The notes under the pieces were generated by a model. It made no database searches. It saw only the letters and a program-made list of their open reading frames with translations, and was not told where the DNA came from. From an uncultured Anaerolineaceae bacterium (GTDB lineage: Bacteria; Chloroflexota; Anaerolineae; Anaerolineales; Anaerolineaceae), in NCBI GenBank assembly GCA_964426355.1, contig CAYRRA010000001.1, forward strand, positions 1 through 60,616: a stretch of DNA of 60,616 nt. Direction: 5' to 3'. Below are positions 9,854-20,093 of the stretch, in pieces (the first letter of the stretch is position 1; each line of letters begins with the position of its first letter). Both the position numbers and the translations under genes were made by a program.

Positions 9854-12183
9854 GCCTGCATCCTCCTCCCACTCAATTCCTCATTCTCTCGCCGCTCTGG
9901 TATGAGAACCCGAATGACCGTCCCTTTACCAGGGTGGGTAATAACTTCCAAGTCTGCCCCAATTTTATGCGCCCTTTCGTGCATACTGATCAATCCCATC
10001 CCACCGCTTTTCCCAGTATCATCCAGTTTAAACCCTTTTCCATCATCCATAATCTCAAGAGAAAAACCGAAGGGTTCTTGTTTTAAACTGAGCTGAACCG
10101 TTTGCGCCGTGCTGTGGCGCAGGGAATTATTCAGTGCCTCGATTGCAATCAGGTATAGTTCCTTTTCAATGACTGCGGGTAGTTTGACAATTTGATCTGC
10201 AAGTACTCTGGCTGATATACCGGCGCGTTTCTCAACGCTTTCCACCCGATGGTTCAATGCGCGGAGAAGTCCCATTTTTTCCAGTTCAGGAGGGCGAAGT
10301 TCAGAAATGAGCAGTCGCATTTCTTTTTGAGCCTGCTGATTGATATCTGCCACTCTATCGAGATATTCATTAATGTTTACCTCCTCGCCATCCGCAAGGA
10401 GCTGCCGCCAGCCTTCAATGATGAGCCCCATACTGTACAGTGATTGAATCACCGAATCGTGCAAATCCCGCGCCAGTCGGTTGCGCTCCTCAAGGACAGC
10501 TAACTGCTGGCTTTGCTGATAGTGGCGGGCATTTTCAATCGCGATAGCAATTTGATCTCCCAGGCTTTCGATGAGCTTAATCTCATCGATGCCAAACACC
10601 CCTTGGGGCGAATGGTGCACATCCAGTGTGCCGATCAACTTTTCACCCATTTGTAATGGAATAACAAGTTGCAAGCCGGAAGAAGTCTGTACATCATCTC
10701 GTTGAACCGGATCGTTGCTTTGAATCTCGCTGGCAAGGATCGACCGCCCTTCTCGAATGACAACTGCATTCAAATTGCTGCTTTCAAGGTCAAACGTCCA
10801 AAACTGAGATTGTGCCGCGTTTCCACTGCTGGCTCTCAACGTCAATAAATGCGCGCTTTCATCCAGCAAAAAGATACTGACGTGGGAATAATTGAACGAA
10901 GTTCGAATCAGGTCCACCACCCTGCTCAAAAGCTCATCGATATCCAGGATGGAAGATACCCCGCGGCTGACTTCTGCACTTGTTTCAAGTTGTAAAGCAC
11001 GCTGTTGAAGTTCCTGTGTTCTTTGAGACACCCTTTGCTCCAATGTATTGATTAACTCCCTGATCTGTGCAGTCATCTTATTAAACGCATCTGCGAGTAC
11101 ACCGATTTCATCCATTCTATCCACATCCACTGTTTGGGTCAGGTCGCCTGAAGTGATTTTCGTGGCAGTCTGAACCAATTCGGTCAATGGCTTTGAAATG
11201 CCGCGCGTGATAAACAAAGACACACCCACGGCAAAAAGAACGGTCAGGAGTGCAACAAAAATATTAGAACGAAGTATCAGTGTGATCGCCTGAAATGCCT
11301 CCGATTGTACCTGCTCAACCAGCAGCCCTATCTGATACTGCGGCAGCCATCGGTATACCCCCAAAACAGCCTCATCGTTGAAATCCCTGTACTTTTCTTT
11401 TCCATTTTGACGCGTAGATAAAAGGTCGAAAATCGCCTTGCTATGTACCACTTTCCCTGATAAATCTCTCCCATCCGTAAAAATCATTTTTGGAGCGATG
11501 AAGATGGAGCTTGCATCGACCAGGTAAGCTTTACCCCCTTCACCCAGATTGGTGGGGTTCTCCAGGATCGATTCAACGGTCTGGAGCGAAGCAAAAGCAA
11601 CCAACGCCCCGACCAGTTCATCATTCCAATCGATCACCGGCAAAACAAAACGGATGCAGTTATCCAATATTTCCTCTTCGGCAGATGGGAACTGTACCGA
11701 AAAAGAATCCATAGGAACGTTTAAAACTTTTCCTTCGAGAGGCTCGTGGGTGGATAAAACGATATTCCCTTGTGTATCCACATACGAATAGGCAATCACT
11801 TGATTGGTGGATTGGCTGATCGCTCTTTGCAGCCTGACCTTGGCTGATTCATGGTACGTCTCATAATAGACATTTTCGTTTGCCAGCTTCAAAATAATTT
11901 GGGCACGGTCGAGAGCGTAATTTTCGTTCAATGAATAGACCATCTCATTGTGAACCGATTCTATCCAATATTCGAGTTCATACTGGCGTTGAGAGGACAC
12001 TGATTCGAGACGATCAAATACCAACTGCTCCACATTTTTGTATTCAATCAGAATAGAAATTACAGTCATCCCAATGGCAGACAGCAACGTGATCAGTACA
12101 AAACCGACCAAAAGACGCCATTGGATAGACCGAAACCGTATCCTTTGCACCCTGGAAATATTGTGATTGCTTGAAGCGCTCAT
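9850..12183 (-). CDS. sensor histidine kinase (extracytoplasmic Cache-like domain, HAMP, GAF, HisKA_3, HATPase_c)
   Basis: 777 aa. Two TM segments flank an outside domain of about 270 aa. These are followed by HAMP (ISKPLTELVQTATKITSGDLTQ), a coiled coil and a GAF domain. The H-box is RNRLARDLHDSVIQSL and the ATPase G-boxes are EIMDDGKGF and GGMGLISMHERA. Confidence 0.9.
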   Translation of the reverse strand: MSASSNHNISRVQRIRFRSIQWRLLVGFVLITLLSAIGMTVISILIEYKNVEQLVFDRLESVSSQRQYELEYWIESVHNEMVYSLNENYALDRAQIILKLANENVYYETYHESAKVRLQRAISQSTNQVIAYSYVDTQGNIVLSTHEPLEGKVLNVPMDSFSVQFPSAEEEILDNCIRFVLPVIDWNDELVGALVAFASLQTVESILENPTNLGEGGKAYLVDASSIFIAPKMIFTDGRDLSGKVVHSKAIFDLLSTRQNGKEKYRDFNDEAVLGVYRWLPQYQIGLLVEQVQSEAFQAITLILRSNIFVALLTVLFAVGVSLFITRGISKPLTELVQTATKITSGDLTQTVDVDRMDEIGVLADAFNKMTAQIRELINTLEQRVSQRTQELQQRALQLETSAEVSRGVSSILDIDELLSRVVDLIRTSFNYSHVSIFLLDESAHLLTLRASSGNAAQSQFWTFDLESSNLNAVVIREGRSILASEIQSNDPVQRDDVQTSSGLQLVIPLQMGEKLIGTLDVHHSPQGVFGIDEIKLIESLGDQIAIAIENARHYQQSQQLAVLEERNRLARDLHDSVIQSLYSMGLIIEGWRQLLADGEEVNINEYLDRVADINQQAQKEMRLLISELRPPELEKMGLLRALNHRVESVEKRAGISARVLADQIVKLPAVIEKELYLIAIEALNNSLRHSTAQTVQLSLKQEPFGFSLEIMDDGKGFKLDDTGKSGGMGLISMHERAHKIGADLEVITHPGKGTVIRVLIPERRENEELSGRRMQA

Positions 12184-12411
12184 TGACTTATAAGAGAAAG
12201 TATTAGGAATTGTCGTAAATCTATCGGTACTGCAATACGCGGATCAACTCAAACGAACATTGGACAATGATAACATGATTTCCCGCCTGAAAGTTTGCCC
12301 CTGCCTGATAAACGCCTGCTTCCCTTTCCCCTATTTCTGATAAAATACCCTGCATACCCTTTTGCAAATTACGGGTGACAAACCACCTGTCACCTCTATC
12401 AGGAGACCCTC

Positions 12412-13182
12412 ATGTATGTGGCAGAAACAGGCACCAAAGAAGCAGACAGCATCGTATTCCTGCACGGCGGAGGTTTAGCCGGCTGGATGTGGAACCAACA
12501 GGTCAGCGCATTGCAAGATTACCATTGCCTGGTTCCTGACCTGCCCGGGCACGGCGAGAGCGCCGCCATCCCCTGGGTTTCCTTTTCAGATACCGCCGAT
12601 AAGCTGGCTGAGATGATCACGAGCAAAGCCAATGGCGGGCGTGCTCACGTTGTCGGATTATCCCTGGGCGGCTATCTCGTCGTTGAACTGCTCAGCCGCC
12701 ATGCCCATGTTGTGGATCATGCCATGCTTACCGGTATCAACGCCCTGCCTTACCCTGGCACAGGTATCATGAAAGTCATGACAAAAATGATGGCGCCTTT
12801 TGTGAAATTGGAATTTTTGGCAAAAGCCAGTTTAAAGTCAATGAAAGTACCAGAGGAAAACCTGGATGATTACCTGACCAGCCTGCGAAAGATAGACGAG
12901 AAGGCTTATGTTAAAATGAGTAATCAGGCGCTGGATTTTCGCGCGCCTGCCATGCCAGAAAACCTGCAATGCCCTACTTTGGTGATGGCTGGAGAAAAAG
13001 AAGTGAGCAATGTATTAAAATCACAGCCTGTCCTGGTCCAAAACATACCGGGGGCAGTGGGGCGCATCGCGCCAAAGGTGGGGCATGTCTGGTCTGCTGA
13101 AGCGCCTAAACTTTTCTCGTGTACCCTCCGCAGTTGGGTCGAAGACCAACCTTTACCTGGCGAACTGATCATCCCAGAATAA
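12412..13182 (+). CDS. alpha/beta hydrolase
   Basis: 256 aa with an HGGG oxyanion region, the nucleophile elbow VGLSLGG, and a C-terminal His (KVGHVW). Confidence 0.8.
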   Translation: MYVAETGTKEADSIVFLHGGGLAGWMWNQQVSALQDYHCLVPDLPGHGESAAIPWVSFSDTADKLAEMITSKANGGRAHVVGLSLGGYLVVELLSRHAHVVDHAMLTGINALPYPGTGIMKVMTKMMAPFVKLEFLAKASLKSMKVPEENLDDYLTSLRKIDEKAYVKMSNQALDFRAPAMPENLQCPTLVMAGEKEVSNVLKSQPVLVQNIPGAVGRIAPKVGHVWSAEAPKLFSCTLRSWVEDQPLPGELIIPE

Positions 13183-13226
13183 TTCCATTCGAACGCCCCT
13201 CCATAAAAAAGAACCCTTTACACGAT

Positions 13227-14222
13227 ATGAAGCTAATCCGCCTTTTGCTACTAGTCCTGGTTTTTCTCATACCCACCTCGTGTGCGAATCAAAAAACCGT
13301 TACCAGCACCACGCTTGCCGGTGAACCGGTGATTGGCGCAACAGCTATGACTGCGCAACCAACCGCCACGCTCACTCCGTTGGAACAGACCCTGGCTCCA
13401 ACCCCACAATTTACCCTAACCGCATTGCCCGAATGGATAGAAACTGCCACCCTCGCCAGCACACCAACCGAAGAAATTAAAGAAGTCATACTCCCATACG
13501 GTACACCGCCTCCACCCCCCAGGGAGTGGTCAGGCTGGTCTGTGCTGCCTTACGTCAGCGAAAACGCCATTCAAATTTACCGCGAAGGTATTGCCAGTGG
13601 CAACCTCCCGGATGTTTTCTCAGTCATCGGTGATTGTCAAAGCGTACCCGATGTCTTTTTGGGTATCTATGCCACTGATCGGTATGCATTGCCAGAAAAA
13701 TATGCATACCTGTCCGATACGATAGCGTATTTTTCAGGTTCTTTCAACAACATCCGCCCGGCGGTGCGCAACGGGATCAGCGTTACATCGGTGCTCTCCC
13801 CGCTCTGGGCAGACCCAGAACTGTGTATGCCGGACGAAATACCCATCGCCTGTGACCACAGGCTGAACAAACCCTCCATCGTTTTCATCAACCTGGGTAC
13901 GAACTGGACTTTCGGCGGTTCTGCGGGAAAATACGAAGAATACCTGCGCCTGGTGGTTGATGCCGTCATTGCCAACGGCAGCCTGCCCATTCTCTCCACC
14001 AAAGCAGACAACATCGAAGGGGATTACAGCATCAACATCGCCACCGTGAGGGTGGCTTATGATTATGATATCCCCTTGTGGAATTTTTGGAGTGCAGCCG
14101 ACATGCTTCCGGGGCACGGCTTGGAAGCCGACGGGATTTATTTGACGCCGGATGCGTGGGACTTGCGCAACTTCACTGCGCTTCAAACACTGGATACTGT
14201 GTGGAAAGCGGTCCGGTCATGA
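13227..14222 (+). CDS. lipoprotein with SGNH-hydrolase-like fold (catalytic positions apparently substituted)
   Basis: The ORF track starts at 13119, which would overlap the previous gene. The ATG at 13227 gives a classic signal peptide and lipobox (MKLIRLLLLVLVFLIPTSC). The mature part has blocks spaced like SGNH blocks I, III and V: VIGDCQS, FINLGTNW, ADGIYLT. Confidence 0.6.
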   Translation: MKLIRLLLLVLVFLIPTSCANQKTVTSTTLAGEPVIGATAMTAQPTATLTPLEQTLAPTPQFTLTALPEWIETATLASTPTEEIKEVILPYGTPPPPPREWSGWSVLPYVSENAIQIYREGIASGNLPDVFSVIGDCQSVPDVFLGIYATDRYALPEKYAYLSDTIAYFSGSFNNIRPAVRNGISVTSVLSPLWADPELCMPDEIPIACDHRLNKPSIVFINLGTNWTFGGSAGKYEEYLRLVVDAVIANGSLPILSTKADNIEGDYSINIATVRVAYDYDIPLWNFWSAADMLPGHGLEADGIYLTPDAWDLRNFTALQTLDTVWKAVRS

Positions 14223-15149
14223 AACAACCGGCTTGAAGACCATCGCGACCCAATCACCGATCATTTTCTTCTCAATCAGCACCAGGTTTTGCTCGTTTGC
14301 CGCTTCTTCCACCCGATCCGCCTGTTCAGCCAGGATGCCAGCAAGCACAAGCACGCCATCGGGTGAAACCAACCAGGGCAGCCCACGGCTTAACAGGTTG
14401 ATGACCACAGAAGCTAAAATGTTTGCCACCACCAGCGGAGCCTGTGTAACGCTAAATGTCCCTTCGCTAATTTCCTCAACTGTACCCTGCCCGCTTTCAA
14501 TACGATCCAATACACCGTTGCGGGTGGCATTTTCAGCACTGGCGCGCACAGCTACCAGGTCGGTATCTACCGCAATCGCTTTACTGGCACCCAGCAATAT
14601 CCCTGCAATGGAAAGAATACCCGAACCGCAACCAATATCCATCATCGGTTTACCAGGTTGAACATACGTTTCTATTGCTTGAAGGCATAACTGGGTCGAT
14701 GGATGCATTCCGGTACCAAAAGCCATGCTGGGGTCAATGCGTACTGCGATTCGTTCAGGATGTGGGTTTTCCATCCATGCCGGCAGGATCAGTAAACGGT
14801 TGCCGATGGGGATGGGTTTGTAATGGTCTTTCCAGGCAGCCATCCAATCCTGGTCGACAATCTCGCGAAACAATGCTTCGGGCAGGGGCTGAATTTGCCC
14901 CAAATGCCAGAGCGCATGTTCCACAAGCTGGCGCTTCTGTTCCAGATGCGGGTCGATGGGTAAATAGCCGTAAACGCGCGCGGTTCCCACCGGCGTACCA
15001 ATATCCTCTGCATCGTTATAGACCATGTCATTTTCAATGACGACACCGTTGGCAACATAGCGCGAAAGCACTTCGGCTACGGCTTCGGCAATTTCATTTT
15101 CTACTTGTAGACTTACTTCCAACCAATGTGCGGTTTGACCCTCATCCAC
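14217..15149 (-). CDS. prmA: ribosomal protein L11 methyltransferase
   Basis: Carries SAM motif I ([14 protein letters not shown]) and sits in the usual position after dnaJ. The longest ORF reaches 15275 but would overlap dnaJ by 134 nt. An in-frame GTG at 15149 (V43) gives a 310-aa protein starting just before the conserved WLEV, overlapping dnaJ by only 8 nt. Confidence 0.85.
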   Translation of the reverse strand: MDEGQTAHWLEVSLQVENEIAEAVAEVLSRYVANGVVIENDMVYNDAEDIGTPVGTARVYGYLPIDPHLEQKRQLVEHALWHLGQIQPLPEALFREIVDQDWMAAWKDHYKPIPIGNRLLILPAWMENPHPERIAVRIDPSMAFGTGMHPSTQLCLQAIETYVQPGKPMMDIGCGSGILSIAGILLGASKAIAVDTDLVAVRASAENATRNGVLDRIESGQGTVEEISEGTFSVTQAPLVVANILASVVINLLSRGLPWLVSPDGVLVLAGILAEQADRVEEAANEQNLVLIEKKMIGDWVAMVFKPVVS

Positions 15150-16260
15150 CCAACACCTCTTTAATGCGATCGAAAAAGCTTCGTTCTTGGGGATATACTT
15201 CTGAACCCAGCGTCTTGGCGAGCGCTTCAAAATGCTCGCGTTGTTCTTTGGTAAGCCGCGTGGGGACTTCAACATTCACGACCACCATCTGGTCACCGCG
15301 GCTGCTGCTGCGCAGAAACGGCACACCCTTGCCGCGCAAGCGGAAGGTCTTACCGGGCTGCGTGCCGGATGGGATGGTCAGTTTTACGTTTCCTTCCAGG
15401 GTTGGCACATCAATTTCTGCGCCCAATGCTGCCTGCGCCACGTTGATGTTGACATCCAGGAAAATATCGTTCTTTCGCCGGCGGAAATACTTGTGTTCTT
15501 TAACATTGATTTCAAGGTACAGGTTTCCGTGTGGACCGCCGTTTTTGCCGGGCTGTCCTTCGCCCGCCAGGCGAATCTGGTTTCCATTGTCCACACCCGC
15601 CGGGACGCTGATCGTCTTTTTAATGGTTTTTCTTTCCAGACCTCTGCCATGACAAGTTTTACATGGAGAAGAAATGACTTCACCCTTTCCCTGGCATGCC
15701 GGGCAGGTGGTTACCTGCACCATCGAGCCGAGCAGAGTCTGCCGTACGGTGCGTACCTCGCCGGATCCATTACAAGTGGAACAGCGCACGGGGGTCGTCC
15801 CCGGTTCAGCGCCACTACCACCGCAGGTACTGCACACCTCATCGCGCGTAACCTCGATTTCTTTGTCAACACCAAATACCGCTTCTTCAAAGGTCAGGTT
15901 GATCGAATAGCTGAGGTCGTCACCGCGCTGCGGGCGGTTGCGCGAGCGGGTATTGCTCCGTCCAAAACCAAAACCAAAGAGATCCTCAAAAATATCAGAG
16001 AAGTCCATGGTGGTAAAGTCCGGCATACCGCCCATACCGCTCAACCCGTCATGCCCATAGCGATCATACACCGAACGTTTTTCCGCATCAGAGAGTACCG
16101 CGTATGCCTCATTGATCTCTTTAAACCGCTCTTCGGCATCCGGAGATTTGTTCACATCTGGATGATATTCACGCGCCAGGCGTCTGAAAGCTGTTTTCAG
16201 CTCATCCGGGCTGGCTTGCCGGTTAACATTTAGTACTTCGTAATAATCACGTTTAGCCAT
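15142..16260 (-). CDS. dnaJ: molecular chaperone DnaJ
   Basis: J domain with DYYEVLNV and HPD (YHPDVNK), followed by a G/F region. There are four CxxCxG zinc motifs: [32 protein letters not shown]. Confidence 0.97.
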   Translation of the reverse strand: MAKRDYYEVLNVNRQASPDELKTAFRRLAREYHPDVNKSPDAEERFKEINEAYAVLSDAEKRSVYDRYGHDGLSGMGGMPDFTTMDFSDIFEDLFGFGFGRSNTRSRNRPQRGDDLSYSINLTFEEAVFGVDKEIEVTRDEVCSTCGGSGAEPGTTPVRCSTCNGSGEVRTVRQTLLGSMVQVTTCPACQGKGEVISSPCKTCHGRGLERKTIKKTISVPAGVDNGNQIRLAGEGQPGKNGGPHGNLYLEINVKEHKYFRRRKNDIFLDVNINVAQAALGAEIDVPTLEGNVKLTIPSGTQPGKTFRLRGKGVPFLRSSSRGDQMVVVNVEVPTRLTKEQREHFEALAKTLGSEVYPQERSFFDRIKEVLGG

Positions 16261-16289
16261 AGACTGCTCAATTATAAGAGAAATGCAGG

Positions 16290-16324
16290 ATTCGAGAAGG
16301 GTCTTGATGAAACCCTTCTCGAAT
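16290..16324 (-). other. perfect 13-bp stem-loop in the dnaK-dnaJ spacer
   Basis: ATTCGAGAAGGGT (16290-16302) and ACCCTTCTCGAAT (16312-16324) with a 9-nt loop. Only a weak U tract follows on the minus strand. Confidence 0.5.
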
Positions 16325-16381
16325 TGAATGTCAGGAAATATAGAATATCCGTCAAATCATGCTTGAAGATATCCGCTCCAC

Positions 16382-18283
16382 TTATGCGTTCTTGAACTCC
16401 CCATCCACCACATCCTCATCATCCGGAGGTGGTGTGGTTTGCTCGCCCGCAGCAGCATCGCCTTGCGGGGTTGCCGTTTGCGGGGCTTCATACATACTTG
16501 CACCCAACTGCTGGATCACCTGCCCCAGGTCTTCTGTCGCCTTACGGATTGCCTCGACATCATCCCCGTTCATCAGGTCGCGCAGCGTACGAATGCCTTC
16601 TTCTGTCTTTGTTTTCATTTCTTCCGGCACTTTGTCAGCATTCTCACGCAGGAGTTTTTCTGAAGAGTAAATCACATTGTCAGCATGGTTGCGGGCTTCG
16701 ATCAGACTCTTGCGGTTCTCATCTTCTGTCTTATGCTCTTCTGCGTCCTTCTTCATCTTCTCGATCTCAGCTTCGCTCAAACCGGAAGAAGCCGTGATTG
16801 TGATATGCTGGCTGCGGTTGGTGGCTTTGTCCAACGCGGTTACCTTGAGGATACCGTTTGCATCAATATCAAAAGTCACTTCGATCTGGGGGATGCCACG
16901 CGGGGCAGGCGGAATGCCATCCAGAATGAATCGCCCGAGCGATTTGTTGTCGGCTGCCATGGGGCGCTCGCCCTGCAATACATGGATTTCAACCTGGGTC
17001 TGGCTGTCACCGGCGGTGGAAAAGATTTGGCTCTTGCGCGTGGGAATGGTGGTGTTACGTTCAATGATCCCGGTAGAGACACCGCCCAATGTTTCCACAG
17101 AAAGTGTCAGCGGGGTCACATCCAACAGCAATATATCTTTCACCTCACCGCCCAACACACCAGCCTGGATCGCAGCGCCAATCGCCACAACCTCATCAGG
17201 GTTCACGCCTTTGTGCGGTTCCTTGTTAAAGAGCTTGCGCACTGCTTCCTGCACAGCAGGCATACGCGTCATACCACCCACCAGGACAATCTCATTGATA
17301 TCGCTGGTTTTCAAACTGGCATCAGAGAGAGCCGATTTGACCGGGTTGAGGCTGCGCTGAACCAGGTCTTCGGTGATTTGTTCCATGCGGGCACGCGTGA
17401 GGGTCATCACCAGATGCTTGGGACCGGTGCTGTCTGCGGTGAGGTATGGCAGGTTGATTTCGGTCTGCATGGTGGTGGAAAGCTCGATCTTTGCTTTCTC
17501 CGAAGCTTCGCGCAGACGCTGCAGTGCCTGGCGATCCTGTTTCAAGTCAATACCGGTATCTTTCTTGAAGACATCGATCAAATGATCCATGATCCGCAGG
17601 TCAAAGTCGTCACCACCCAGGAAGGTATCGCCGGAAGTCGAACGCACCTGGAAAACGCCTTCACCCACATCCAAAATGGAAATATCAAAGGTACCGCCGC
17701 CCAGGTCATATACACCAATGATCTCATTTTTTTTCTTGTCCAGACCATACGCCAGAGAAGAAGCGGTTGGCTCATTGATGATGCGCAACACTTCCAAGCC
17801 AGCGATACGACCCGCGTCTTTGGTGGCATTACGCTGAGCATCGTTGAAATACGCCGGAACCGTGATCACAGCTTGCGTGACTGACTCGCCCAGGTATGCT
17901 TCTGCATCGGATTTCAGCTTTGCCAGGATCATGGCTGAAATTTCAGGAGGAGAGTATTCTTTGCCATCCAGCACCACGCGCACATCACCGTTGGGCGCCT
18001 TTGTTACTTTGTAAGGCATACGTTGTACCGTGCGCTGCACTTCGGGGTCATCAAATTTGCGCCCCATGAAGCGTTTGATGGAGAAAATGGTGTTCTCCGG
18101 GTTGATGATCGCCTGGTTGCGGGCAACACGCCCCACCAGACGTTCGTGGTTCTTGTTGACAGCAACCACAGATGGACAAAGACGTTCCCCTTCAGCAGTG
18201 GGGATGACGACCGGCTCACCGCCGACCATGACTGATACGACCGAGTTCGTTGTACCCAGGTCAATTCCAATGATTTTTCCCAT
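16382..18283 (-). CDS. dnaK: molecular chaperone DnaK (Hsp70)
   Basis: 633 aa with [17 protein letters not shown] and [10 protein letters not shown], a full substrate-binding domain, and an acidic C-terminal tail. Confidence 0.98.
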   Translation of the reverse strand: MGKIIGIDLGTTNSVVSVMVGGEPVVIPTAEGERLCPSVVAVNKNHERLVGRVARNQAIINPENTIFSIKRFMGRKFDDPEVQRTVQRMPYKVTKAPNGDVRVVLDGKEYSPPEISAMILAKLKSDAEAYLGESVTQAVITVPAYFNDAQRNATKDAGRIAGLEVLRIINEPTASSLAYGLDKKKNEIIGVYDLGGGTFDISILDVGEGVFQVRSTSGDTFLGGDDFDLRIMDHLIDVFKKDTGIDLKQDRQALQRLREASEKAKIELSTTMQTEINLPYLTADSTGPKHLVMTLTRARMEQITEDLVQRSLNPVKSALSDASLKTSDINEIVLVGGMTRMPAVQEAVRKLFNKEPHKGVNPDEVVAIGAAIQAGVLGGEVKDILLLDVTPLTLSVETLGGVSTGIIERNTTIPTRKSQIFSTAGDSQTQVEIHVLQGERPMAADNKSLGRFILDGIPPAPRGIPQIEVTFDIDANGILKVTALDKATNRSQHITITASSGLSEAEIEKMKKDAEEHKTEDENRKSLIEARNHADNVIYSSEKLLRENADKVPEEMKTKTEEGIRTLRDLMNGDDVEAIRKATEDLGQVIQQLGASMYEAPQTATPQGDAAAGEQTTPPPDDEDVVDGEFKNA

Positions 18284-18295
18284 AGATTATTCCTC

Positions 18296-18886
18296 CTATT
18301 GAGCTACTCGCACCAACGCCGGGCGGATCACCCGGTCGCCGAGCATATAACCTTGTTGAACGATTTCAATTATTTCGCCACTTTTGTGGTCCGGACTGGG
18401 TTCATGCGTGATGGCTTCATGCCGCGTGGGGTCGAATTCATCCGCAGGGATACGGGTCACGCCTTCCTGCTCAACGACCAACTGCAATTTGCGGTAAATC
18501 AAATCGATCCCTTCGCTCCAGGACGCTTCCTGCCCACCGGTGGGGAGCACCTTCATGGCTCGCTCAAAGTCATCGATCACCGGCAGGAATTTTTTGATGA
18601 TGTCACCAGTGAGACGCGCCTTAAACTGCTCCTGCTCGCGTTCAATCCGTTTTTTATAATTGACAAAATCAGCCCGCTCGCGCTGCCAGTTTTCCAGGTT
18701 CTTGCCAGCCTCTTCCTTCAGCCGTTCCACATCCTCCGCTGGAAGCATCACCATCGCGATAGCTTCCTCTTCTGCAACCGCATCGTTTTTCATAGCAGCA
18801 TTTTCTGCTGCATTCGCCGATGCAGCATTCTCATTTTTCACTTCATCGTCGTTTGCTTTTTTTTCTTTTTCTTTCTTCAATCCCAT
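18296..18886 (-). CDS. grpE: nucleotide exchange factor GrpE
   Basis: 196 aa located between hrcA and dnaK. It has a long helical N-terminal part and a C-terminal beta domain with the conserved FDPTRHEA motif. Confidence 0.95.
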   Translation of the reverse strand: MGLKKEKEKKANDDEVKNENAASANAAENAAMKNDAVAEEEAIAMVMLPAEDVERLKEEAGKNLENWQRERADFVNYKKRIEREQEQFKARLTGDIIKKFLPVIDDFERAMKVLPTGGQEASWSEGIDLIYRKLQLVVEQEGVTRIPADEFDPTRHEAITHEPSPDHKSGEIIEIVQQGYMLGDRVIRPALVRVAQ

Positions 18887-18918
18887 AGCTCTCTTCCTGT
18901 TTTATATTTGTAGAAGCC

Positions 18919-19953
18919 TTATTCGAGAATATTTTCAACGACCAGGTCGCTCAGCAAACCGGAAAGGAACCGCATGGTTGAAATTGTGCGCCCGTACGGC
19001 ATACGCATCGGACCGACCACACCCAACATGCCGGTCACCATTCCGGGCATACCATAACGCGACAGCACAATCGCACATTGCCGCAGTTCATCCCACGACC
19101 CTTCACCACCAATCAGCACCTGGACACCACCAACGGTATCCGCAGCCAGTGCTTGCTGAAGTAAATCCTGAATTTGCGAGCGCTCTTCCAGCATACGAAT
19201 GGCACGGCGGGCTTCGGTGGAACCGGTAAATTCAGGCTCTTCAAGAACATTGGTCAGTCCATCCAGATACACTTCACCGGCAGCCAGCGAATTGATTTGC
19301 TCCATTTCTTTGATGATCCATCGCAGCACATCATACTCCAGACCAATGAGTTGGGACTGATAGCCTTTCAGCGTTGCAATATCCTTGCCTTGCGTCAACT
19401 GGTTAAGGTGGCGCGATGATTCCGAGAGTTGCTCCTGAGAAGTGGGCTCGTTGAGTGTTAAAATGCGTTGGTGAATCTCGCCGCCAAACATCACCAGCAC
19501 TAACAATACCTGGCGACCGCGCGTTGAAATCAGCTCAATGTGTTTTATTTTCACCTGCTCCGAATGAGGTGCAGTGACCAACGAAGCTGCTTTGGATTGA
19601 TTGGCAAGGATCGAAGCCGCCAACCGCATCCATTGCTCCACATCTTGCCGTGACTGGTAAAACTGATGACTGATCATGGAACGCGTGGAATCAGGTAAAT
19701 CGGTCTGCTGGAGCAAATTGCGCACAAAGTAACGATAGGCTTCTTCTGTGGGTTCGCGCCCGGCTGAGGTATGCGGCTGGCGCAAGTATCCCAAATCGGT
19801 CAAGGCAGCCATCTCGTTGCGTACCGTGGCTGAACTCAAATCCAACCGGTAGTTTTCCACCAGGTTCTTTGAGCCAACCGGTGAAGCCGACTGGACATGT
19901 TCGTGGATCACCAGTGTCAAAATGAGTTTTTGCCGTTCAGATAATTCACTCAT
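18919..19953 (-). CDS. hrcA: heat-inducible transcription repressor HrcA
   Basis: 344 aa with an N-terminal winged helix (LSERQKLILTLVIHEHVQSASPVGSKNL). It is the first gene of the operon, directly downstream of a CIRCE element, with GAGGAA upstream of the ATG. Confidence 0.95.
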   Translation of the reverse strand: MSELSERQKLILTLVIHEHVQSASPVGSKNLVENYRLDLSSATVRNEMAALTDLGYLRQPHTSAGREPTEEAYRYFVRNLLQQTDLPDSTRSMISHQFYQSRQDVEQWMRLAASILANQSKAASLVTAPHSEQVKIKHIELISTRGRQVLLVLVMFGGEIHQRILTLNEPTSQEQLSESSRHLNQLTQGKDIATLKGYQSQLIGLEYDVLRWIIKEMEQINSLAAGEVYLDGLTNVLEEPEFTGSTEARRAIRMLEERSQIQDLLQQALAADTVGGVQVLIGGEGSWDELRQCAIVLSRYGMPGMVTGMLGVVGPMRMPYGRTISTMRFLSGLLSDLVVENILE

Positions 19954-19969
19954 TTGCGTTCCTCAAAAT

Positions 19970-19996
19970 TTAGCACTCTAACTCCTAGAGTGCTAA
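19970..19996 (-). promoter_or_regulatory. CIRCE operator (HrcA binding site)
   Basis: TTAGCACTC-N9-GAGTGCTAA, a perfect match to the CIRCE consensus in both arms. It lies between the predicted -10 box and the hrcA start codon. Confidence 0.93.
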
Positions 19997-20009
19997 ATTA
20001 GCAAATACC

Positions 20010-20038
20010 ATCATACCATGCCTGAAGGTCATCGTCAA
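20010..20038 (-). promoter_or_regulatory. sigma-70-type promoter of the hrcA operon
   Basis: On the minus strand: TTGACG (20038-20033), a 17-nt spacer, then TATGAT (20015-20010). The predicted TSS near 20003 places CIRCE at about +8. Confidence 0.6.
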
Positions 20039-20093
20039 CCTCACCTGCGTGATTCTGATAAAACTTTTACAATAGGCGGTTTTCGATGAGCGG

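Noticed and set aside
15150-15275. Upstream extension of prmA overlapping dnaJ by 134 nt. Similar over-long starts occur at 32824..32994 (nadE), 49272..49526 (pcrA), 38800..38931 and 39734..39811 (ABC-2 locus), 13119..13226, 41600..41686 and 25755..25805.
   Set aside because: These extensions overlap well-supported neighbouring genes or promoters and add non-homologous residues. Internal starts give canonical N-termini and typical 4-8-nt couplings.
16685-17884. Long antisense ORFs inside highly conserved genes: 399 aa opposite dnaK; also 15232..16233 opposite dnaJ, 47601..48689 opposite pcrA, and 18299..18913 opposite grpE.
   Set aside because: They lie fully within genes whose products are unmistakable. 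Their translations are low-complexity with Arg/His/Leu-rich mirror-frame composition, and they have no motifs or ribosome sites. They are typical shadow ORFs.
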